Shown here: in pieces, positions 7,492 through 14,187 of the stretch | Position numbering within the stretch: the first letter of the stretch is position 1 | Layout: every line of letters begins with the position of its first letter | Virus record (IMG/VR): IMGVR_UViG_3300035698_011115 | Source: a virus | Length of the DNA stretch: 14,358 bases | Strand: one strand, 5' to 3' | Notes under the pieces: generated by a model | What the model was told of the DNA's origin: nothing | Database searches by the model: none | The model's input: the letters and a program-made list of their open reading frames with translations, nothing else | Made by a program: the position numbers and the translations under genes

Positions 7492-7555
7492 TTATAATTC
7501 ACCTGTCCATGTGGACAAATGTTTAACTATTAACCCTCTTTACAAGGAGAACTGT

Positions 7556-7981
7556 ATGATTACGTTATCTGCTTTAGAAGAACAAATTCTTAATAATATT
7601 GATGAAGCAACTGACACATTACTTACACCCATTGATATTAACCGGTCTATTAATGAGATTACAAACACGTTACATATGACTGTAGCTCATAAGATAGTTA
7701 TTGGTATCATGGACAAACTCAATGTTGCTGTAGGAGCGGCGGTAACTCCTGAAGAAGCAATTGCTAATGGAATAGAGATTATTACATCATTTCAGCAACG
7801 CATAGTTGATGATGGTACAGAAGAAAATGATGAATTTCATAAGATCGTTTTAGCTATATGTCGTGAGTTGATCAAGGGTATTCCAGATCTATTAACGATG
7901 GAACTAATTGAAGATGGTGAGTTCGAGGAACCTGTACCTGCCCCATCGACGGAAGAATCACCTGAAGCCCCAACTGAATAA
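7556..7981 (+). CDS. hypothetical acidic protein (141 aa; alternative upstream start at 7511)
   Basis: ATG 7556 has a perfect AAGGAG 6 nt upstream, whereas the track start 7511 has none. The C-terminus is acidic and Pro-rich (EDGEFEEPVPAPSTEESPEAPTE). Confidence 0.6.
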   Translation: MITLSALEEQILNNIDEATDTLLTPIDINRSINEITNTLHMTVAHKIVIGIMDKLNVAVGAAVTPEEAIANGIEIITSFQQRIVDDGTEENDEFHKIVLAICRELIKGIPDLLTMELIEDGEFEEPVPAPSTEESPEAPTE

Positions 7982-7990
7982 ATATGATAT

Positions 7991-8065
7991 GCGTGATTGG
8001 TGTTAATGGCAGCATGCGGGATTTCCATTCCTGAGGTAAGGGTTCAAATCCCTTATTGCGCTCCA
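7991..8065 (+). tRNA. tRNA-Gly (anticodon UCC), CCA encoded
   Basis: The acceptor GCGTGAT pairs with ATTGCGC (two G-U). The anticodon stem CGGGA/TCCTG carries loop TTTCCAT. The variable loop is 4 nt and the T-arm is AAGGG-TTCAAAT-CCCTT, followed by TCCA. Total 75 nt. Confidence 0.75.
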
Positions 8066-8154
8066 TCTTTTGTTTGAATTTTCTTTAACGCTAAGGACAT
8101 ATATTAAATAAAGGAAATGGAAGATATTCTAGTGAGGATTAAATTTTAGACTCA

Positions 8155-8275
8155 CCTACCATGTGTAGGCGGAGATACGGTGGCGCAACGCGGCTGATGC
8201 GTCACTAGCCGGTGCAGACACGGACGTTTATAGGCGGGAAGGGTTGGACTTCAGGGTACAACCCTTCATTTCACG
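8155..8275 (+). ncRNA. GC-rich structured non-coding island (candidate small stable RNA or 5'-UTR structure) between tRNA-Gly and the next gene
   Basis: About 120 nt are markedly more GC-rich than their surroundings (GGCGGAGATACGGTGGCGCAACGCGGCTGATGCGTCACTAGCCGGTGCAGACACGGACG...). Hairpins include ACGC-GGCTGAT-GCGT and a perfect 9-bp stem GAAGGGTTG/CAACCCTTC (8238-8267). There is no tRNA T-loop motif and no ORF with a Shine-Dalgarno. Confidence 0.3.
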
Positions 8276-8283
8276 GAGATAAT

Positions 8284-8607
8284 ATGAGCAAGAACCAAGT
8301 TGATCTTTGCGAAAAACGAATGAAACAATTGGCAGATCCTAAATATTTAGGAGTTGATTGTTATAGTATATATCAATCAATATCTGCATTAGCAGCTTCT
8401 CGTTTGAGAGCAATGGCAGATCATCCATATGGATACCCTTGTGCTAAAGGGATGACATGTAAAAAATGGAAAAAGAAATTAGATAAAATGGCAACTGCAT
8501 TTGAGTTGTTATTAGAAGATGACTATGAAGTTATAGCGAAGAGACAAAAAGAAATTGATAAAGGGTTGAAATTGTTTTCGCAATGGTTTCAATCTCTTTG
8601 GACATAA
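8284..8607 (+). CDS. hypothetical protein (107 aa)
   Basis: ATG 8284 has GGAG 6 nt upstream. The track's longer 8212 start would read through the GC-rich structured island and lacks a Shine-Dalgarno. Confidence 0.6.
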   Translation: MSKNQVDLCEKRMKQLADPKYLGVDCYSIYQSISALAASRLRAMADHPYGYPCAKGMTCKKWKKKLDKMATAFELLLEDDYEVIAKRQKEIDKGLKLFSQWFQSLWT

Positions 8608-8660
8608 CTATCTAAAATTTGCAGAAGATTTAGTAGAATCAATAATAAGAAGAGGGTGAC

Positions 8661-9074
8661 ATGAATCTAAATACGGCAATTATGGTTGCATCAGAAGCAC
8701 ATAGGTTCCAAAGTCGCTGGGATGGATCAGCATATATTCTTCATCCTATTCGGGTGATGATGGATATGGATACAGAAGAAGAACAGATTGTTGCAATATT
8801 ACATGATGTGATTGAAGATACAAAAGCAATTTATAGAGATTTGCTGGATTGTGGATTCCAAACTAATGTCATTGCCGCAATTGAAGCCATGACAAAAGTT
8901 GAAGGAGAAACATACGAGGTATATATTCAGAGAGTTAAAGAGAATAAACTTGCTAGGAAAGTTAAACTAGCTGATATCAGAGACAACTTGGATGTTACTA
9001 TACTTAGAAGTGTATCTGACAGACACAAAGAACGCATTAACAAGTATTTGAATGCAATACAATATTTATCGTAG
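8661..9074 (+). CDS. HD-domain (p)ppGpp hydrolase, small alarmone hydrolase (SAH/Mesh1/SpoT-N like)
   Basis: SpoT/RelA-type HD hydrolase motifs are present: EAHRFQSRWDGSAYILHPIRV and ILHDVIEDT, with a later KLADIRDNL. An AGAGGG Shine-Dalgarno is present. The 137-aa protein has no synthetase domain. Confidence 0.7.
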   Translation: MNLNTAIMVASEAHRFQSRWDGSAYILHPIRVMMDMDTEEEQIVAILHDVIEDTKAIYRDLLDCGFQTNVIAAIEAMTKVEGETYEVYIQRVKENKLARKVKLADIRDNLDVTILRSVSDRHKERINKYLNAIQYLS

Positions 9075-9083
9075 GAGGTTATT

Positions 9084-9338
9084 ATGACTGATGAGTTATT
9101 AGATGCTACTCCATATAAACCATTACCTGATGCAGAAGCGGATATAGTAAGTGAAGCAATTATAATTCGTATTGGTGGACGTGTTATATCTGAGATGTGT
9201 CCTATCCCAGAAGATATTTGGACGGATGAACAGAAGCGTGATATGTTGCATACATTGTCACTTACTAGAGATAGTATTAACATAATGATTGGTATGGTTA
9301 GAGCGAGACTTCCATACTTTGATTTGCCGATAATGTGA
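9084..9338 (+). CDS. hypothetical protein (84 aa)
   Basis: A strong AGGAGG Shine-Dalgarno lies 6 nt upstream. No recognisable motif. Confidence 0.6.
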   Translation: MTDELLDATPYKPLPDAEADIVSEAIIIRIGGRVISEMCPIPEDIWTDEQKRDMLHTLSLTRDSINIMIGMVRARLPYFDLPIM

Positions 9339-9360
9339 TATAGTTGTTAGAAGGGTAACT

Positions 9361-9678
9361 ATGAAAGATGATGTGGATGAATTATGGAGTTTAGATAAAA
9401 AAATGTATGTAGATGATATCGTTGCATTATCAAATGAGTATCAAGAATTGGTACGTGCTATAAAAAAACTTGAACACATGGTGGGAGATACTCTCAGTGT
9501 TAGTCTCGAGGTTGAGTTACGCACGTTTAAAGAAAGTGATAGTATAGGAGGACGTTTAAAAATACACCATAATGAAGCTCCATTTAATTATATGAAAGCT
9601 GGTGTACACCATATACTGAATAGTATGGTTGAAAGAAGGGCAGAAATCAGTAGTATATTGGAAGGGGTAGTGGAATGA
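9361..9678 (+). CDS. hypothetical protein (105 aa)
   Basis: A GAAGGG Shine-Dalgarno. Its stop overlaps the next start (ATGA). Confidence 0.6.
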   Translation: MKDDVDELWSLDKKMYVDDIVALSNEYQELVRAIKKLEHMVGDTLSVSLEVELRTFKESDSIGGRLKIHHNEAPFNYMKAGVHHILNSMVERRAEISSILEGVVE

Positions 9679-9962
9679 AGTTACCACAAATTGTTAAATA
9701 TTCTCATGAATATGCCGAATTAGCAGAACAAGTACATATACTTAATCTCATGTGTGGTAGTGAATCTAATGAGGTTAACAATCTTACTATAGATGCCTGT
9801 TTAGCTGACAAAACCAATAGAGTATATAATAGGCATATACTAGCATATAACAATCAACCAATATTCAAGATAATACAATTTGGTTTACGTAAAATGGCAC
9901 AAGAGTTACAAGGAAGAATGTCAGAGATAGCTCAACTATTAGAAGGAAAGGATAATGGCTAG
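9675..9962 (+). CDS. hypothetical protein (95 aa)
   Basis: Translationally coupled on both sides: an ATGA overlap upstream and an 8-nt overlap with the downstream ATG. Confidence 0.6.
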   Translation: MKLPQIVKYSHEYAELAEQVHILNLMCGSESNEVNNLTIDACLADKTNRVYNRHILAYNNQPIFKIIQFGLRKMAQELQGRMSEIAQLLEGKDNG

Positions 9963-10545
9963 GACTTGGTTTACAGCGGATTGTCATTTTGGGCATGCGC
10001 GTGTTATAGAATATTGCAAACGCCCATTTGCAAACGTGGATGATATGGATGAGGCACTTATTCAAAATTGGAATGATAGAGTGCAGAAAGATGACTTTGT
10101 GTGGGTCTTAGGCGACTTTTGTATGTCACGTAACATGCAAGTTATACAAAAGTATTTAAGTCGCTTGAGGGGCCGTGTAGGTATTGTATTAGGCGATCAT
10201 GATGCATATGCTAATGTTATGAGTGAAGCAGGGTTTGATAAGGTTAGAGATCTTGTTCACTTCAAAGATAGTGAGCATTTAGGTCATGTTAACATGGTAT
10301 TGTGTCATTGGCCTTTTGCTATTTGGAGAAAATCTCATTACAACAATTGGCATCTTCATGGGCATTGTCATAATCATTATCAAGGTGAAGGAAAAATACA
10401 TGATGCTGGAGTTGATGCCAATGACTTTAAGCCTATATCACTTGAACAAGTAATTGCCATTATGAATGACAAAAAAGATAATGCTAATTTCGTTGGTGAT
10501 AAGAAAGTCAATTCAGTAAGAAGGTATGATAATAAGCCCTTGTAG
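9955..10545 (+). CDS. calcineurin-like metallophosphoesterase
   Basis: The metallophosphatase motifs occur in order: D-x-H (TADCHFGH), GD (VLGDF), GDHD (a GNHD variant) and GH-x-H (HGHCH). Confidence 0.75.
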   Translation: MARTWFTADCHFGHARVIEYCKRPFANVDDMDEALIQNWNDRVQKDDFVWVLGDFCMSRNMQVIQKYLSRLRGRVGIVLGDHDAYANVMSEAGFDKVRDLVHFKDSEHLGHVNMVLCHWPFAIWRKSHYNNWHLHGHCHNHYQGEGKIHDAGVDANDFKPISLEQVIAIMNDKKDNANFVGDKKVNSVRRYDNKPL

Positions 10546-10590
10546 TTCAATGGATGGAAGATACGGGTTCGAATCCTGTCAGGGGTACCA
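10536..10590 (+). other. truncated tRNA-like element: acceptor stem + D-arm + T-arm + CCA, but no anticodon arm (55 nt)
   Basis: The acceptor GCCCTTG pairs with CAGGGGT (two G-U), followed by U8 A9. The D-arm is GTTC-AATGGATG-GAAG. Only AT separates it from the T-arm ACGGG-TTCGAAT-CCTGT, which is followed by A-CCA. The metallophosphoesterase stop codon lies inside it. Confidence 0.45.
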
Positions 10591-10607
10591 TTTTTGAGGA
10601 GGTGAAG

Positions 10608-10805
10608 GTGAATATAATTGATTGTGATAATTGTAAGTTTCGCAAATATTATTTAGAACATTCACGTCATTCTCCTACATGTGAAAATTGCAAGATACAT
10701 AAGCAATTACCAAAAGACAAACAAGAGAAGATACCTAAATGGTACAAGGGACTGTGTGAGGCCTGTTATAATGAGATGACAAGAAAAGACGCACCAATGA
10801 TGTAG
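10608..10805 (+). CDS. small Cys-rich zinc-finger protein (three CxxC pairs), GTG start
   Basis: A strong GAGGAGG Shine-Dalgarno lies 5-6 nt before GTG 10608. The Cys pairs are CDNC, CENC and CEAC. The track's ATG 10554 lies inside the tRNA-like element and lacks a Shine-Dalgarno. Confidence 0.5.
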   Translation: MNIIDCDNCKFRKYYLEHSRHSPTCENCKIHKQLPKDKQEKIPKWYKGLCEACYNEMTRKDAPMM

Positions 10806-10830
10806 GCAATACGAGGAGGCGTTTTATAAA

Positions 10831-11121
10831 ATGTCATGGCAAGATTTGGTAAATGGTACATTTGAATTGTCCGGAAGTTTTTTCATACTATTATGTATTA
10901 TCAAAACACATAACGACAAAATGGTTCGTGGTATACATTGGCTCAATGTTGGATTCTTTACTACATGGGGTTATTGGAATATATACTTTTACCCACATTT
11001 GAATCAATTGTGGAGTGCAGTTGGTGCAGTCAGTATTACTATGATGAATACTATTTGGTTATGTCAATTGATTTATTATACTCGGAAAGAGAAAGCTACA
11101 CAAACATGGGTTGGAGAATAA
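10831..11121 (+). CDS. small integral membrane protein (2-3 predicted TM helices), hypothetical
   Basis: A GAGGAGG Shine-Dalgarno is upstream. The hydrophobic segments are FFILLCIIKT, VGFFTTWGYWNIYFY and AVGAVSITMMNTIWLCQLIYY. Confidence 0.6.
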   Translation: MSWQDLVNGTFELSGSFFILLCIIKTHNDKMVRGIHWLNVGFFTTWGYWNIYFYPHLNQLWSAVGAVSITMMNTIWLCQLIYYTRKEKATQTWVGE

Positions 11122-11122
11122 C

Positions 11123-11491
11123 ATGAACGCACTCATTCTTGAAGATGATCAAGTAAGAATCAAACAATTCAAACAGAGAATGTTAGAAAAGAATTGGATT
11201 GGTACTTTTGTAGAGACTGCAAATGATGCAATCCAGCAATTAAGTAATCATACATTTGATATCATATTTCTAGATCATGATTTAGGTGGAGAAGTATACG
11301 TTTCAAGTGATCATACGAATACTGGTGCAGAAGTAGCAAGATGGTTAAATAAAAATCCAACTCATGCTCAAGTAATTATACATAGTTTTAATCCAATTGG
11401 TGCCAAGTATATGCATGAACAAATAGATGGTTCACTTCGTATACCTGCTATCTGGGTAGACTATAAATTTCATGAGGTGATACATGATTAA
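11123..11491 (+). CDS. second standalone receiver-like (REC/CheY-fold) domain protein
   Basis: The residues sit at REC-like positions: acidic ALILEDDQ, putative acceptor Asp in FDIIFLDHDLGG, and Ser in VIIHSFNP. GGAG lies 6 nt before ATG 11123; the track's 11111 is a TTG. Confidence 0.6.
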   Translation: MNALILEDDQVRIKQFKQRMLEKNWIGTFVETANDAIQQLSNHTFDIIFLDHDLGGEVYVSSDHTNTGAEVARWLNKNPTHAQVIIHSFNPIGAKYMHEQIDGSLRIPAIWVDYKFHEVIHD

Positions 11492-11666
11492 GTGGTTGAA
11501 ATGCTTATTCGTTAGAGGTCATCATTGGATATTTGATAGTAATGTGTATGGTGACCAAATAATGACTATAGGTGGCGACAGATCTATTTGGAAGTGTTCT
11601 AAATGTGGAGCATATCAACATAGAAGGGATTTACATTATGAAGAAGCAAAAGGAATGAAAGAGTAA
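11484..11666 (+). CDS. small protein with a C-terminal CxxC (60 aa), hypothetical
   Basis: A GAGGTGA Shine-Dalgarno. It overlaps the previous gene by 8 nt. [10 protein letters not shown] motif is present. Confidence 0.45.
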   Translation: MIKWLKCLFVRGHHWIFDSNVYGDQIMTIGGDRSIWKCSKCGAYQHRRDLHYEEAKGMKE

Positions 11667-11670
11667 GAAG

Positions 11671-12030
11671 TTGATACTACATCTGACTAAAAAGGATTTT
11701 GTAGTTGAGACTAAACGAGGTAGTGGTCCAGGTGGACAGCACCGTAACAAAACAGAGAGTGCAGTCACCATAAAACATCCACCAAGTGGTGGAGTTGGTA
11801 ATTCTCAAGATCAAAGATCACAACATGCGAATAAGAAAATTGCATTTAAGAGATTGATGGAGAGTGCCAAGTTTAAAATTTGGTTGAATGCAGAGATATT
11901 TCAAACATCTCAACTTAGAGATAGTGTCACCCAACATGCAAATATAAAACTAGACCCAGAAGACATCAAGGTAGAAGTAATGCAAGATGGACGATGGGTA
12001 GAAGAAAGAGACAAATCATGGATTGGTTAG
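11671..12030 (+). CDS. ArfB/YaeJ-like peptidyl-tRNA hydrolase (RF-1 family GGQ domain)
   Basis: [16 protein letters not shown] is the catalytic GGQ motif of class I release factors and ArfB. The size (119 aa) and basic C-terminal region resemble ribosome-rescue factor ArfB. The track start is TTG 11671. Confidence 0.7.
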   Translation: MILHLTKKDFVVETKRGSGPGGQHRNKTESAVTIKHPPSGGVGNSQDQRSQHANKKIAFKRLMESAKFKIWLNAEIFQTSQLRDSVTQHANIKLDPEDIKVEVMQDGRWVEERDKSWIG

Positions 12031-12248
12031 AATGTATTGACAATCGTCACATTGTATCGTATATCAACATGAGTCAAATTCGTAAAATAGTAAAGTACAG
12101 TGATTCATTTATGATTTATTATATCCATGGTGATGCACATACTGTAGATGATTTCGTATCTATAAGATTTCGAGATGAGGTAAACATCTTAGCAGACTTG
12201 CAAACTGTAAGTGTGCATAACGTGAATGTCACCAAATTTAAAGAGTGA
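12018..12248 (+). CDS. hypothetical protein (77 aa from ATG 12018; alternative ATG 11994)
   Basis: The ORF overlaps the end of the GGQ gene. The start is uncertain; a purine-rich AAGAAAGAG lies before ATG 12018. Confidence 0.4.
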   Translation: MDWLECIDNRHIVSYINMSQIRKIVKYSDSFMIYYIHGDAHTVDDFVSIRFRDEVNILADLQTVSVHNVNVTKFKE

Positions 12249-12271
12249 AACCACAATAGGAATAGATAGAC

Positions 12272-12496
12272 ATGGGAAAATGGATAAAAGTTACGTCAGA
12301 AGAGGGTGAAATTTCGTTTATCAGAACAGATGAAGTTCGCGCTATTTCAGAAGATGATGATACATTTGTTATTTCACTCAAACATGATGGGCATACTATA
12401 TATGCTACTCATATTGGTATAGCGGGCGAGGATGATGTGTTTGAATGGGTTATGAAAAAGAATGCTGCTATTATCGTAACGCAAGGTGAGGAATAA
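12272..12496 (+). CDS. hypothetical acidic protein (74 aa)
   Basis: An ORF with a weak AGGAA Shine-Dalgarno. No motif. Confidence 0.55.
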   Translation: MGKWIKVTSEEGEISFIRTDEVRAISEDDDTFVISLKHDGHTIYATHIGIAGEDDVFEWVMKKNAAIIVTQGEE

Positions 12497-12507
12497 ATAA
12501 CACTTGA

Positions 12508-12583
12508 AGGAGTGTAGCATAATTGGCTAATGCGGCGGTCTCCAAAACCGTGTCATATCCGGGTTCGATTCCTGGCATTCCTG
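12508..12583 (+). tRNA. tRNA-Trp (anticodon CCA); 3' CCA not encoded
   Basis: The acceptor AGGAGTG pairs with CATTCCT (A1-U72), followed by U8 A9. The D-stem GCAT/ATGC is perfect. The anticodon stem GCGGT/ACCGT carries loop CTCCAAA. The variable loop is 7 nt and the T-arm is CCGGG-TTCGATT-CCTGG. The discriminator G is followed by AAT rather than CCA. Confidence 0.6.
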
Positions 12584-12594
12584 AATATCCCTGG

Positions 12595-12635
12595 CTAGGG
12601 CTGAAGTTACTATGATTTCAGCCCTAGTCAGTTTT
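12595..12635 (+). terminator. rho-independent terminator after the tRNA-Trp/small-gene block
   Basis: An 11-bp perfect stem CTAGGGCTGAA/TTCAGCCCTAG with an 11-nt loop, followed by TCAGTTTTG (a T-run). Confidence 0.6.
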
Positions 12636-12825
12636 GTAGGATAAACTTCTAAATAAAAGGTACAAAATGGATAAAAACAAAACATTATGACACGACTGGT
12701 TTGCCTGGTATCCAGTGTGCGCCAATATAGATTGGAATAAGAAACACTGGATATGGATGGAATATGTTGAACGAAAATATCACATTGAACTCTTTAAAGG
12801 GTTTTGGAAATATAGGGTGAAATCA

Positions 12826-12972
12826 TGACTACAACATCACATGAAACTATAAAGTGTGCAGTATGTGGAACAGATAATGAAGTGTGCCTCGTATTGACCA
12901 CAACGTCATTTGAGGACTTTCCATATGACAAGGACTTACAAAAGTGGATTGCTGTCTACCCATAGAAAGAGG
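12826..12972 (+). CDS. possible 48-aa CxxC micro-protein
   Basis: ATG 12826 has an AGGGTGA Shine-Dalgarno 4-5 nt upstream and a CAVCGTDNEVC motif. It ends 4 nt before ATG 12976. It overlaps in a different frame the track's TTG-initiated N-terminal extension of the next gene. Confidence 0.35.
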
Positions 12973-12975
12973 ATT

Positions 12976-14187
12976 ATGAGAACCGAAGAAGAAGCAATTG
13001 AGGAGATGATAGAAATTGGTCACCCAATGTATTTGGCATGTGCTGGTGCACCGTTTGATGTAGCAGAACGCATGTTAAATGTAGCAGGAGTATCTAGAAT
13101 ATTTCTGGGTTGCACTATTCCTTATAATCCTGCTGCATTTGATGATTTTATTGATATGAAAATAGGAAGTGGTTATTGTTCAGACATAGGAGCAGTACGA
13201 CTTGCCTCAGCGTCATATAGAAAGGCAATGAAAATTTGCTTTGATAATAGTAAACCAACCCATAATTGCATTGGTATTGGCGCAACTGCATCAATAGCAA
13301 CCAATAGAGAACGTAGAGGTAAAGATCAATTATTTGTTGCTGTGGCAACGCAAAATACATTGGATATTTATCATTATGAATTGAACAAAAGATTGGGTCG
13401 TGCTCAACAAGCAAGTTTCTGCAATGATGTGTTGATAAGTATCATTTCGGATGTTGTATTTAATCATAATATCAACAAGGTTATTCCTATTTGGTATAGG
13501 TATAAAGAGATGATAGTGGATGCTGAAAATACATCATGGTATGAAAAGTATGGAGCATGGCATCCATCTGGAACATCTTTCTTGCATCCAAGTAATCCAA
13601 ATTCTGAGGTAATGGATGGTTATAACCAACCACATTTGGCTGCTGGAATGTTCATCTTCGTAGATAGAAATGGGAAAAGAGTATGGTGGGATGGTTATAA
13701 TGAAGACCATTCACCAATTATATTCCCAGGATCATTCAATCCACTACATGTAGGTCATATTGAGATGGCTGAGATTGTTGAGAAAGCTACTGGGCGTGAA
13801 GTAGTTTTTGAGATATCTCTAGAGCGTGTGAAAAAGGGAGAAATTAGTATAGCTGCTGCTTTCCATAGAGCTGAAAAACTTTATGGGAGATGGGGCTTTT
13901 TGATTGGTGGAGATAACACTAAGTTCCTTCTGGATAAGGCTACTTCATATGATTGTTCAGATTTCTTAGTAGGAGAAGATACATTATCAAGGTTGATTGA
14001 TGTATCCTACTACGAGAATCCAGGTGATATTAATGGAGTGTTGTCTGCTATGAAAGATCTAGGTTTGAACTTCTTCGTATTCAAACGGAAAGAAGTAAAG
14101 ATTCCAGTAATAAATCTTTCAAGCATGATGCATGTAATAAACGAAGACTTTGATATTAGCTCAACAGAAATGAGAGGACATGTATGA
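12976..14187 (+). CDS. fusion protein: CinA-C/PncC-like domain (N-terminal) + NadD/NMNAT-type nucleotidyltransferase (C-terminal)
   Basis: The C-terminal half carries the HxGH nucleotidyltransferase motif (FPGSFNPLHVGH) and a terminal ISSTEMR (NadD ISSTxIR motif). The N-terminal ~170 aa resemble the CinA C-terminal domain pattern (LACAGAP..., GVSRIFLGCTIPYNPAA, IGIGATASIA). I chose ATG 12976 over the track's TTG 12910. Confidence 0.7.
   Translation: MRTEEEAIEEMIEIGHPMYLACAGAPFDVAERMLNVAGVSRIFLGCTIPYNPAAFDDFIDMKIGSGYCSDIGAVRLASASYRKAMKICFDNSKPTHNCIGIGATASIATNRERRGKDQLFVAVATQNTLDIYHYELNKRLGRAQQASFCNDVLISIISDVVFNHNINKVIPIWYRYKEMIVDAENTSWYEKYGAWHPSGTSFLHPSNPNSEVMDGYNQPHLAAGMFIFVDRNGKRVWWDGYNEDHSPIIFPGSFNPLHVGHIEMAEIVEKATGREVVFEISLERVKKGEISIAAAFHRAEKLYGRWGFLIGGDNTKFLLDKATSYDCSDFLVGEDTLSRLIDVSYYENPGDINGVLSAMKDLGLNFFVFKRKEVKIPVINLSSMMHVINEDFDISSTEMRGHV

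Noticed and set aside
8155-8275. Interpretation of the GC-rich island as a seventh tRNA on either strand
   Set aside because: No TTCRAnt T-loop, no cloverleaf with a 7-bp acceptor and no CCA could be drawn on either strand.
8212-8283. N-terminal extension of the 8284 gene proposed by the ORF track (MQTRTFIGGKGW...)
   Set aside because: It reads through the GC-rich structured island and has no Shine-Dalgarno. ATG 8284 has GGAG at ideal spacing.
10554-10607. ATG 10554 start for the Cys-rich small protein
   Set aside because: It lies inside the tRNA-like element with no RBS. The in-frame GTG 10608 is preceded by GAGGAGG.
10938-11126. Alternative-frame 62-aa ORF overlapping the membrane-protein gene (also minus-strand 9865-10065, 8927-9283, 7837-8066)
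   Set aside because: These overlap better-supported + strand genes or tRNA-Gly. They have no RBS and are low complexity.
12701-12731. Possible sigma70-like promoter (TTGCCT-17-AATATA) after the terminator
   Set aside because: The match to consensus is poor (-10 about 3-4 of 6). It is not supportable by eye alone.
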